Source of the DNA: an uncultured Acidobacteriota bacterium
GTDB lineage: Bacteria; Acidobacteriota; Thermoanaerobaculia; Multivoradales; JAHEKO01
NCBI GenBank assembly: GCA_963713825.1
Contig: CAVQNG010000005.1
Coordinates: 96,001-160,000 of the forward strand
Reading direction: 5' to 3'
DNA: 64,000 nt
Below are positions 18,088 to 27,190 of this stretch, piece after piece (the stretch's first letter is position 1; each line of letters begins with the position of its first letter). A program made the translations under genes and the position numbers. A model generated the notes under the pieces. It was not told the DNA's origin, ran no database searches, and saw only the letters and a list, made by a program, of their open reading frames with translations.

Positions 18088-20796
18088 ATGATCGGCACGA
18101 CGCTCTCTCACTTTCGAATCACCGCCAAGCTCGGCGAAGGTGGTATGGGCGAGGTGTACGAGGCCGAGGACCTGAAGCTCAAGCGCCGAGTGGCTCTCAA
18201 GGTGGTGCCCCAGGCCATGGCGGCCGATCCGGATCGCCTCCAGCGGTTTCAACGCGAGGCTGAGGCCATTGCGGCGCTGAACCACCCCAATATCGTCACC
18301 ATCTACTCGGTAGAAGCCGCTGAGCAGGCGGAGGATGGAACCGCCGTCCATTTCCTGACGATGGAGCTGGTGGACGGTGAGAGCCTCGAAAAGGTCCTGC
18401 CGCGTGGTGGTTGGAACATGTCCAAGGTTCTGGACATAGCCATCCCGTTGGCCGACGCCCTGGGCGTCGCGCACGAAAAGGGGATTATTCATCGTGACCT
18501 GAAGCCGGCCAACGTCATGTTGACGGGCGAGAACCGTGTCAAGGTGCTTGATTTCGGATTGGCGAAGCTGGCCTCGGAAAAGCCAGCGGGCTCAGAGAAC
18601 ACACCTGCCAAGGAGATGGGTACCCACCTCGCGACTCTCACCGAGGAGGGACTGGTGATGGGCACGGCGCCCTACATGTCTCCAGAACAGGCGAGAGGAC
18701 AGGCGGTGGATTCGCGCTCCGACATCTTCTCCTTGGGCTGCATGCTCTACGAGGCTGCCACCGGGGTGCGGCCGTTTCAAGGCGATTCGGCGATCGACAC
18801 CCTGCACCAGGTCATGTACTCGGAGCCGGAGCCTCTGGCGGAGAGAGCTCCCAACGCACCGTTGCAGCTGCAGTGGATTCTGAGGAAAGCGCTGGCCAAG
18901 GCGCCGGAGGACCGTTACCAGTCGACTCGCGACCTGGCGGTGGATCTGAAGATCCTGAAGCGGGATCTCGAATCGGACCCACAGTTGGCGACGCTCAGCA
19001 GCGGTGCAATCCGCCCTCCGCAACCAGGCTCGAAGTGGCAATCGAAGTCGAGGGTTGCAGCGCTCGCCGTTGTGGCAATGATCGCCGTTGGGGCGGTCGC
19101 CTGGTTTCTGGGACGCAGTTCCGTGATCCCGGCTGTCGAGTTGCCGGTAGCGGCATCAGCGATCTCTGTACAGCCCATCACGTCGAGCGGCGATGTCATC
19201 GCGGCGGCGATCTCGCCCGACGGCAGACTCGTGACCTACGTGCGATCCAGCCAGGGTGAACAAAGCCTTCACCTCCGGCAGATGGGGAGTGCCCAGAGTC
19301 TGGAGCTCATTCCCGCTCGCACAGCGGCTTACTGGGGCGTTTCCTTCACCAAGGACGCAACTGCCGTTGTCTATGGCGAGAAAACGGCCGAGGATCTCGA
19401 GGGTGCCTTGTTCGAGATCTCGACTCTGGGCGGCACTCCGAAGAGGCTCGTGGTCGGCATCGACAGCGCTCCCACCTTTTCGCCCGATGGCCAGCAGATG
19501 GCCTGGGTGCGGGCTCGCTTTCCGACTCAGAATGAGAGCGCACTCATGATCGCCACGGCGGACGGAGGCAGTTCTCAGGTGCTGGCGACTCGCCAGGAGC
19601 CAGAGCTCTTTGCACCCATCTTCCATGTCAGGCCATCTTGGTCGCCAGACGGTCGATTGATAGCTACAGCCGTTCAGAAGTACTTCCCCGAGAGGCATGG
19701 AAGGATCTTGGCATTCGATGCCGAATCAGGAGAGGTCGAGTGGGAGGCCGATCACGACTGGAGCTGGGTCGCCGCGGTCGACTGGCTTCCCGAAGGGGAT
19801 GGCCTGATGGCGATCGCAGAGCGGCAGGGCAGCAGTGAAGCCCAGGTCTGGCTCGTTCCCTATCCTGAAGGGGCTGCACGCCAGGTAACCCGCGATCTGT
19901 TCGAGTACCGGGTTGCAAGTGTGACAGCAGATGGCAGCTCTCTGTTGACGATTCCAGCCGATGCCGATTCCGCCATCTGGATGCTGCCGAACGACTCGAC
20001 AGCACGCCCCCGAAAGCTCTCCCAGTCGAGGCTCGATGGGTACTTCGGGTTTGCCTTTACGCCAGACGGCAGGATCGTCTACCAGACGATGGAGGCAGGG
20101 CAGCTCGACCTGGCGATCATGAGCTCCGACGGCTCAGGACGACAGCCGCTGACCAACGATCAGGAGTCGGACTACTACCCTCGAGTGACTCAGGATGGCT
20201 GGGTGGTGTATTCGCATGAGACATCCTCTGGTTCAGAGCTGCGCAGAATCCGATTGGACGGCAGTGACATGCAGGTGATTGCCGCGTCTGCACCGCGGAG
20301 CAAGCCGTCGCTCTCACCCGACGGGGATTGGCTGGTCTACGAAGTTGTTCGGAACGGGGTCTACACGCTTTGGAGGAGCCCGATCGAGGGCGGCACCGTC
20401 GAGCAGCTGACCGACTACGAGTCCTTCAAACCTGCGGTTTCTCCCGACGGTTCCAGGCTTGCGTTCTACACGATAGATGAAGAGACGGGGCAGTTCAAGA
20501 TCGGCGTTACACCGATCGAGGGAGGCACGCCGGAGATCCTGCTCAATGCAGAACCACCGTACTCCGGATCTATCATCGAGTGGGCGGAAGACGGGCAGGC
20601 ACTGTTGATCAATACGGTGCAGAGCGATCGGGCGAATCTCTGGCGGCAGCCGTTGGACGGCAGCGAGCCCGAGCCGCTGACCAGCTTCGATGAGGACCGA
20701 CTGCACTGGTACGAGTTGGCACCCGACGGAGAAACCTTGGTGGTTAGTCGCGGCAGTCTCACCAGGGATGCGGTTCTGATCGAGAACTTCCGTTGA
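18088..20796 (+). CDS. Ser/Thr protein kinase, TM, PD40/TolB-like propeller
   Basis: GEGGMG, HRDLKPAN, DFG, GTAPYMSPEQ, TM, SPDG repeats. Confidence 0.94.
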   Translation: MIGTTLSHFRITAKLGEGGMGEVYEAEDLKLKRRVALKVVPQAMAADPDRLQRFQREAEAIAALNHPNIVTIYSVEAAEQAEDGTAVHFLTMELVDGESLEKVLPRGGWNMSKVLDIAIPLADALGVAHEKGIIHRDLKPANVMLTGENRVKVLDFGLAKLASEKPAGSENTPAKEMGTHLATLTEEGLVMGTAPYMSPEQARGQAVDSRSDIFSLGCMLYEAATGVRPFQGDSAIDTLHQVMYSEPEPLAERAPNAPLQLQWILRKALAKAPEDRYQSTRDLAVDLKILKRDLESDPQLATLSSGAIRPPQPGSKWQSKSRVAALAVVAMIAVGAVAWFLGRSSVIPAVELPVAASAISVQPITSSGDVIAAAISPDGRLVTYVRSSQGEQSLHLRQMGSAQSLELIPARTAAYWGVSFTKDATAVVYGEKTAEDLEGALFEISTLGGTPKRLVVGIDSAPTFSPDGQQMAWVRARFPTQNESALMIATADGGSSQVLATRQEPELFAPIFHVRPSWSPDGRLIATAVQKYFPERHGRILAFDAESGEVEWEADHDWSWVAAVDWLPEGDGLMAIAERQGSSEAQVWLVPYPEGAARQVTRDLFEYRVASVTADGSSLLTIPADADSAIWMLPNDSTARPRKLSQSRLDGYFGFAFTPDGRIVYQTMEAGQLDLAIMSSDGSGRQPLTNDQESDYYPRVTQDGWVVYSHETSSGSELRRIRLDGSDMQVIAASAPRSKPSLSPDGDWLVYEVVRNGVYTLWRSPIEGGTVEQLTDYESFKPAVSPDGSRLAFYTIDEETGQFKIGVTPIEGGTPEILLNAEPPYSGSIIEWAEDGQALLINTVQSDRANLWRQPLDGSEPEPLTSFDEDRLHWYELAPDGETLVVSRGSLTRDAVLIENFR

Positions 20797-20800
20797 GACG

Positions 20801-20875
20801 ATGATCGGCACGACGCTGAAGCGAAGGCGAACGTCTCTCGCCTATCGCAGCCTGAAGGTCAGGGTGGATCCATGA
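20801..20875 (+). pseudogene. Kinase N-terminal stub 2 (MIGTTL|KRRRTSLAYRSLKVRVDP)
   Basis: ATGATCGGCACGACGCT is identical to the first 17 nt of kinase 18088. Starts 4 nt after that kinase's stop, and its TGA overlaps the ATG of the next gene. Confidence 0.65.
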
Positions 20876-21921
20876 AGAGCCTCGTTCTGGTCGGGAAGGT
20901 ACTCAGTCCGACCTTGAGGTCCGAGATCGCTAGCGGAGCTGCACCCCGCGACGTGTCGCTGGAGCTGGCCCGAATCCTGGGAGCGGAGGTGCTGGACTAC
21001 CGGGATGTCGCGAATGCCACGGAACCGGCGGTGCTTGCCGCCCGGATCCGCTCACCGGCGTGGGGACTGGCGGCTCTGGCGGCGCTACGACGGGACCGCT
21101 ACGACGATTTATTCGCTACCGGCGAGGATGTCGGCATTCCTCTGGCTTTTGTCCTGAAGGCACTCCGCGTCCGGCGACGACTGACGGTCGTCGTCCACAA
21201 CGGTGGGGCTCTGAGCCGCCGAGCATCCATCCCGTTGCTCGGCAGAGAAGCCTGGAGTCATCTCATTTGCCTCAGCGACGAGCAACGCCGGGTTCTGGTC
21301 GAGCAGCTGGGTGACGCCACCGGCCTGATTCACCGCCTGGACAAGTGGGTCGATACGGAGTTCTTCGATCCTGGCAGATCGGCTGCGGAAGAGGGCGAGG
21401 GTTATGTGTTCTCCTGCGGAAGAGAGAAGCGCGACTATGGCACCCTCCAACGGGCAGCCGAGAAGGTCCCCTATCCCTTCTGGGTCGTGGCCTCTGGATG
21501 GTGGCCGCAACCCGGTTTTCGCCCTTTCGAGGGCGTGATCCCCACCGCCAACGTTCGCGTCGATCGAGCAACGCTGAGCTACAGCCAGCTGCGTGACGCC
21601 TACGCCGGTGCCCGTTTCGTGGTTGTGTCTGTGGAGCCAGTTGACTACGCGGCGGGAGTGAGCACGGTTTTCGAGGCGCTGGCGATGGGTAAAGCGGTCA
21701 TAGCGACTGCGTCGCCGGGCATTGCCGAGTTTGTGGAGGACCAGGTCAACGGCCTGGTGGTTCCACCTGGTGATGCCGATGCACTGGCCAGAGCGATCGA
21801 CTCCTTGTGGGCAAGCCCGGATCGATGCGAGGAGATGGGTCGACGCAACCGCCGGCTGGCCGAGACTGTCTACAGTTTCAACCGATACGTCTCCACGGTG
21901 GCTCGGCTGATGTCCGAATAG
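20872..21921 (+). CDS. Glycosyltransferase family 4 (GT-B)
   Basis: GVSTVFEALAMGKAVIAT..NGLVVPPGDADALARAI. Confidence 0.88.
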   Translation: MKSLVLVGKVLSPTLRSEIASGAAPRDVSLELARILGAEVLDYRDVANATEPAVLAARIRSPAWGLAALAALRRDRYDDLFATGEDVGIPLAFVLKALRVRRRLTVVVHNGGALSRRASIPLLGREAWSHLICLSDEQRRVLVEQLGDATGLIHRLDKWVDTEFFDPGRSAAEEGEGYVFSCGREKRDYGTLQRAAEKVPYPFWVVASGWWPQPGFRPFEGVIPTANVRVDRATLSYSQLRDAYAGARFVVVSVEPVDYAAGVSTVFEALAMGKAVIATASPGIAEFVEDQVNGLVVPPGDADALARAIDSLWASPDRCEEMGRRNRRLAETVYSFNRYVSTVARLMSE

Positions 21922-21965
21922 CGGCGCGAGAATCTGACGGGCCAGCTGGTCAACTTCTCCCTACA

Positions 21966-23819
21966 TCAGCTCTCGGGATTTGGATCCGTCTCGACCTGGG
22001 CGGAAACCTCGGGCGGCGCCGGCGCTGGGCTGCGCCGATCCGGCGGTACGAGGAAGGGCTCCGGCGGATCGTTGATGTAGTGCGGCGACATGATTTGGAC
22101 ACCGTACTCGTTGAACACATCCTGAATATTCTTGTGCAGGGCCGACAGAACCTGGGGACGGTCCGGGGGATTCTCGATGACGGCTTTCAGTTTGTATTCC
22201 GGGTACCAATCCGAGAGGGATGTCTGCAGGACGAAAGGCGGTGGCTCCTTGCGCAGGCCTGGAGTCACGGCAGCAGCCTGTTCCAACATGGCATGAACTT
22301 GGCGCCAGGGAGCATCGTAGCCGATGGTCACTACGGTGCTGACCTGGACCCCTTCCTTGGAGAATCGGGTGTAGTTGACGGTCTCCTTCGAGATGACTAC
22401 CGCGTTCGGCACGGTGACCTCTTCACCTTCACGGGTCCGGACCTTGGTCGAGAGCATTCCCAATTGCAGGACTTCACCCTCGACGTCGCCGACGTGCACC
22501 CAATCGCCAATGCGGAGGGCCTTGGAGTACATCAGCATGAAGCCACTCATCGCCTGGTTGACGACTCCGCTCGAGCCGAGGGAGACCACGAGGCCGACGA
22601 AGACGCTCAATCCCTTGAAGGCATCTGTGCCGCTCCCTGGAAGGTAGGGGTAGGCCACGACGACCGCGAGAAGCCAAAGGGCGACCGTGGCCAGCTTCTT
22701 GGTCGGCTGGGCGGTATCGGCGTCCAACCCCGGGATTTGGAGCCGCCCTTCCTCGACTGCGGTGAAGGAGGCGCTCATCATGCGGGACAGTGTCCGGGTC
22801 AGGTAGTAGATCACTGCGACGATGAACAATCCCGGGATCGCGTCGATGATGCCGCCTGCGATCCAGGCGGCAACGTCGAGCAGATATCCGCCGAGTGCCT
22901 CGCCCCACGGGCGGGTATAGGGAAAGCGCTTGAGCACCGCAGTGAGCCACAAATAGGTGGAGACCAGAGCCAGCAGCACTCCGAGCGCCCGAGCTGCCCG
23001 ACCCGCGGACCTGATGATCTTGACGAGGTGATCGCTCTCTTTGGCGATCATGCCGGCGACCGAGTGCTTCAGCTTGCCGGCCGTGGCCAGCATGATCCTG
23101 CGCTGAAGGACCTTCTCCAAGCGGAGCAGGATCCAGATCCAGAGTACATAGACCAAGGTGATGACAACAGCCCAGCCCAAGCTGCGGAGCACTTGTCCTG
23201 GTTGCCGCAGGGCTTCGGCCTCCTCGATCGCCTTTTCGAGGTTGGTGATGGCCTCTTCGGCTCGGCTCTCCAGAGTCTCACCGGCAACCAGGTCCAGATC
23301 GGCCGTGGTGATAGCGAACATGGACTTGTGGGCGATGCGGATCATCACCCCTTGCTGGAAATAGACCGAATCGACTGGCGTGGTGCGACGCGTCTCCACC
23401 TGCTGCTCGACACGCTCGGAGGCTTCCTCTGCCCTGGTCTTGGGCAGATTGCCCAGAATCTGGGCCCGCAAGCGGGTGAGCCTCCGATTCATGTACTTCA
23501 CCTCGGCGTGGAGGTCAGAGGAGGCCGGGCGCAACAGTTCGTCCGGAACGTAGATCTGCCGGATCGATTCAGCGGAGATCTCCTTGTTCTGCACGATGTC
23601 GGCAATGACGGAAGAGGTGTCAGAGCCCGAGGGAGGTTTTGGCTCGGCCTGGGCTGGGTCGGTCGCTTGCCGCTCGGGCGTGGCTTTCGGTTCGACCTCC
23701 TGAGCCTGGAGGCCGGGGCCCAGGAGAAACAGCGTCATCAAGGTCAGGACCAAAGCAATGAGTAGCTGGCGCCCTACGGGGGTTGATGCTCGATGTGCTG
23801 TCAGACTCTGGGCAAGCAT
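21966..23819 (-). CDS. Small-conductance mechanosensitive channel (MscS family) with periplasmic N-terminal domain
   Basis: YSKALRIGDWV..GEVLQLGMLSTKVRT..VTVPN..TIGYDAPWRQV..QIMSPHY; GGAGGT RBS. Confidence 0.9.
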   Translation of the reverse strand: MLAQSLTAHRASTPVGRQLLIALVLTLMTLFLLGPGLQAQEVEPKATPERQATDPAQAEPKPPSGSDTSSVIADIVQNKEISAESIRQIYVPDELLRPASSDLHAEVKYMNRRLTRLRAQILGNLPKTRAEEASERVEQQVETRRTTPVDSVYFQQGVMIRIAHKSMFAITTADLDLVAGETLESRAEEAITNLEKAIEEAEALRQPGQVLRSLGWAVVITLVYVLWIWILLRLEKVLQRRIMLATAGKLKHSVAGMIAKESDHLVKIIRSAGRAARALGVLLALVSTYLWLTAVLKRFPYTRPWGEALGGYLLDVAAWIAGGIIDAIPGLFIVAVIYYLTRTLSRMMSASFTAVEEGRLQIPGLDADTAQPTKKLATVALWLLAVVVAYPYLPGSGTDAFKGLSVFVGLVVSLGSSGVVNQAMSGFMLMYSKALRIGDWVHVGDVEGEVLQLGMLSTKVRTREGEEVTVPNAVVISKETVNYTRFSKEGVQVSTVVTIGYDAPWRQVHAMLEQAAAVTPGLRKEPPPFVLQTSLSDWYPEYKLKAVIENPPDRPQVLSALHKNIQDVFNEYGVQIMSPHYINDPPEPFLVPPDRRSPAPAPPEVSAQVETDPNPES

Positions 23820-23919
23820 GGCGACCTCCTGCTGGATCGGTCCAACTGCGATCTGGCGTTTCGCTGACAAGGAGTGCCTAGTCTATCGCCAGACTACGGC
23901 TGCGGTACTCTTGCTGATC

Positions 23920-25224
23920 ATGATGAAGAAGACTCTTGTTGTTGCCGTCCCAATTGTGACTTCGTTCCTCTTTCTCGCAGGTGAGCTCCAGGCTCGGGAC
24001 CCCGGACAAGGACTCGTTCAACGCCAGGCCGACGCCTACACGCGCTACGAGCTTCTCGAGCCCTCGAGCGAGAGTTTCAGGATTCTCTACGACGTAACGG
24101 CAACGACGTCGGGTGCGAGGTACTACTTCAATCCGATCCGCAAGGGCAGCGAGCCCACGGTGCACGCTGTAACCGACTTGGCTTCAGGTAGGCCGCTGGA
24201 ATGGAAGCTGGTGAGCGCCGAGGCGGCAGAGGCCTCCGGTCTCCTGGGATCGACTCACGACGGGCAGTTCATTCAGGTGTCGCTGGCACGTCCGGTATCG
24301 GAGGGTGGAGAAGGGCGGATTCGAATCGACAAGACCTACAAGGATCCGGCCAGCTACTTCGTCGAGGGACCAGGCATCGTCTTCGAGCGCAGCCTCGGGG
24401 TGCAGCGAAACGCCGTTGTTCTGCCGCCTGGTTTCGAATTGGTGGGCTGCGACTACCCGTCCCAGATTGCGACCGAGGAGGATGGGCGAATTCGTGTTTC
24501 CTTCATGGGCAGGGGAACCAGTGTGCCGCTCCGCCTGGTGGCGCGTCGATGGTCTGTCGGACCGAAGGCGCCCAGAAGCGAAACAGGACAAGGCTCGAAC
24601 AAGGGACAAATCGAGACCCGTGAGCCTGGGTCTCGTGCCGTTCCAGCCAGTGCTCGCACGGAATTCGCGGTCACAGAGCGAGCCTTCGAGGACCGGGAGA
24701 TCGTCTATTTCCTGCTCCAGCCCGAGACCCACTCCTTCAGGCTGTATCACGACTACACCGAGAAGCGGCCCGGGACCGACCGATACCTCAATGTAGTGCG
24801 CCCTGGAAGTCGCGCCAAAGAGCCCTCGGCGATGATTCTCGACTCAGGCGAAGTGCTCGAGGTAGAGACGCTCCGAGGACAAGAGATCATCGACAAGGGA
24901 CTCGATATCGGCGAGCCAGTGACGGCGGAGACGGAGGTCGTCGTGATCTGGTTCGACCCGGTGGGGGCAGGGGAGTCGAAGCGGCTTCGCATCGAGGAGA
25001 CCTACACCGATGCGGGTCGGTATGGTCTGAGCGGGGACGACCTGATCTGGGATCGGAGCTTCGGGCGGTCTCGCAATGTAGTCGTTCTGCCTGTTGGCTG
25101 GGCCCTGGCCGACAGTTCGGTGCCTGTGGTGGTGGACGAGACCGAGGCCGGAGAGATCCGGCTCCATTTCCAGAACGATCGACCCGGGGTCATCGAGGTC
25201 CTGATTCGCGCCCGGCGGAGATGA
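23920..25224 (+). CDS. Secreted hypothetical protein made of two tandem homologous beta-rich domains
   Basis: Signal peptide. The halves align (LLEPSSESFR/LLQPETHSFR, RIDKTYKD/RIEETYTD, RNAVVLPPG/RNVVVLPVG). Confidence 0.8.
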   Translation: MMKKTLVVAVPIVTSFLFLAGELQARDPGQGLVQRQADAYTRYELLEPSSESFRILYDVTATTSGARYYFNPIRKGSEPTVHAVTDLASGRPLEWKLVSAEAAEASGLLGSTHDGQFIQVSLARPVSEGGEGRIRIDKTYKDPASYFVEGPGIVFERSLGVQRNAVVLPPGFELVGCDYPSQIATEEDGRIRVSFMGRGTSVPLRLVARRWSVGPKAPRSETGQGSNKGQIETREPGSRAVPASARTEFAVTERAFEDREIVYFLLQPETHSFRLYHDYTEKRPGTDRYLNVVRPGSRAKEPSAMILDSGEVLEVETLRGQEIIDKGLDIGEPVTAETEVVVIWFDPVGAGESKRLRIEETYTDAGRYGLSGDDLIWDRSFGRSRNVVVLPVGWALADSSVPVVVDETEAGEIRLHFQNDRPGVIEVLIRARRR

Positions 25225-25225
25225 C

Positions 25226-25666
25226 TCCGCCCACCCGACCGTCCTGCGGCTTGGGTCCTGACCTGATGACCCTCATTCTTGTGAAGGTTCGTCCGGGTGG
25301 TCCGCAGGCGGACGGCGACGACTACTCAGACTGCGACGGGCGGGCCGTCACCTTGTCTCGTCATCGCGCCTCATCGGTTGGGCTCCATCGTGGCCCTTGC
25401 GCTGCGCTCGACGAGGCACCCCCTGTCGAACCACCCGAACGAACCTCGGGAACCGGACTGGGTAGTAGGGACGGAAGGACTTAAGAGCGTCAGGGCTTAG
25501 GGGCTAAGGGGTTGTGGGCCTCGTACGAGGTGATCCTCAGTGCCCAATGCCCCAAGGCATCCGCTGGCAGAGAGCCAGCGGTCTCAACCCCCAAGCCCTC
25601 AAAGATCACCCGGTGCAAAGCGCCGGATGCCTCAGCCCTATTGCCCAGGGTGGGAGGGCGGGGGCC
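25226..25666. repeat. Mosaic intergenic repeat locus A: heptamer arm, R1 (25284-25447), octamer run, R3 hairpin units
   Basis: Homologous to loci at 35184, 38890 and 63197. Confidence 0.88.
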
Positions 25667-25718
25667 TTTGATGTAGTATGCGCCAGTCTTAACCTTTCAA
25701 CTGTTTCGGAGGTGCGTC

Positions 25719-26039
25719 ATGGCCAAGTACATGATCAAGGTGTCGTATAGCGTCGAGGGAGCTCAAGGCCTCATCGAGGAAGGCGGCTCGAGTCGCAAGG
25801 CGATGGTGGCGAAGATGCTCGAGCAGATGGGTGGGAGCCTCGAGTCCTTCTATTTCTCCTTCGGTGAGGACGACGCCTACGTCATCGCCGAGGTGCCTGA
25901 CGCCATCTCATCGTTGGCCGTCAGCCTGGCGGTCAACGCTTCGGGTGCTGTCGGTATGGCGACGATCCCCCTGATCACTGCCGAGGAGATGGACGAAGCC
26001 TGCAAGAAGTCTGTCTCGTACCGTCCGCCGGGAGAGTAG
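25719..26039 (+). CDS. GYD domain protein
   Basis: YSVEGAQGL..GGSLESFYFSFGEDD..SYRPPG; GGAGG RBS. Confidence 0.88.
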   Translation: MAKYMIKVSYSVEGAQGLIEEGGSSRKAMVAKMLEQMGGSLESFYFSFGEDDAYVIAEVPDAISSLAVSLAVNASGAVGMATIPLITAEEMDEACKKSVSYRPPGE

Positions 26040-26047
26040 CGAGAGGG

Positions 26048-26992
26048 ATGGCTGGTGTAGGTGAGAACGTGGGCACGGCTCTCTCGCGTCGGCAGGCCAT
26101 GGGCTTGCTGGCGGGGGCCGGTCTGGCTGCGACGATCGGCCCGCGAGCTGGGCGCGCGGAGCCGTCGTGGATCAAGCGGCCGATTCCCTCGACCGGGGAG
26201 GAGCTGCCGGTCGTCGGTCTGGGCACATGGCAGGCATTCGATGTCGGCAACTCGGCTGCGGAGCTCGAGCCGCGACGACAGGTCCTGGCCCGATTCGCCG
26301 AGCGAGGCGCCAAGGTCATCGATTCGTCGCCGATGTATGGCCGAGCCGAGGCAACTGTCGGCGCACTTGTGGCGCAGCTGAGCATCCGGCCGGACCTTTT
26401 CCTGGCCACCAAGGTCTGGACCTCCGGCGAGGGTGCAGGTATTGCGGAGATGAACCGGTCGTTCGATCGCCTGGGAGTCGAAAGCCTCGAACTGATGCAG
26501 GTCCACAACCTGGTCGACGTCGAGACCCACCTCGACACCCTCGCGGAGTGGCAGGCCGCTGGTCGTGTGCGTTACGTCGGGATCACCCACTATGTATCTG
26601 CGGCCTACCCTGACATCGAACAGGTTGCGAAGACCCGGAAGCTCGATTTCGTCCAGTTGAACTACTCCCTACTCGAGCGGGAAGCGGAGCAGCGAATCCT
26701 GGATGTCCTGGCCGACCGAGGCGTGGGAGTGATCGTCAATCGGCCCTACGCCGGCGGCAGTGTATTTCAGCAGGTCCGCGGTGCAGAGTTACCCGAGTGG
26801 GCAGACGAGATCGGTTGTGCCAGTTGGGGACAGTTCTTCTTGAAGTACATTCTCGGGCACCCGGCGGTCACCTGTGTGATTCCTGGAACCTCGAAGGTCG
26901 GACACCTGGACGACAACCTGGATGCCGGGACCGGAGTGCTTCCCGATGCGAATCTGCGCCGCCGCATGGCCGAGCACTTCGACCAACTCTGA
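26048..26992 (+). CDS. Aldo/keto reductase with twin-arginine-like leader
   Basis: SRRQAMGLL leader; VGLGTW, IDSSPMYG, ATKVW, QVHNL, IPGTSK. Confidence 0.9.
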   Translation: MAGVGENVGTALSRRQAMGLLAGAGLAATIGPRAGRAEPSWIKRPIPSTGEELPVVGLGTWQAFDVGNSAAELEPRRQVLARFAERGAKVIDSSPMYGRAEATVGALVAQLSIRPDLFLATKVWTSGEGAGIAEMNRSFDRLGVESLELMQVHNLVDVETHLDTLAEWQAAGRVRYVGITHYVSAAYPDIEQVAKTRKLDFVQLNYSLLEREAEQRILDVLADRGVGVIVNRPYAGGSVFQQVRGAELPEWADEIGCASWGQFFLKYILGHPAVTCVIPGTSKVGHLDDNLDAGTGVLPDANLRRRMAEHFDQL

Positions 26993-27190
26993 AGATCTGG
27001 GCCTGTCGAAATCAACCGAGACGAATTTTCTGGGATGGAGTACACTGTATCGTTGGGTAATGGCACTGTCGAATCGAGCCCAGGGGTCCCGACAAGGCGG
27101 ATCACTCTCGACCTCTACTCTCAGCAGGCAAGTCTCTGAACCTCGAATCTTGGATGAAAAGCCATTTGCGGATGGCTCTGGCCTGAATCT

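Noticed and set aside
21807-23765. 652-aa plus-strand ORF
   Set aside because: Antisense shadow of the MscS gene, typical of GC-rich DNA.
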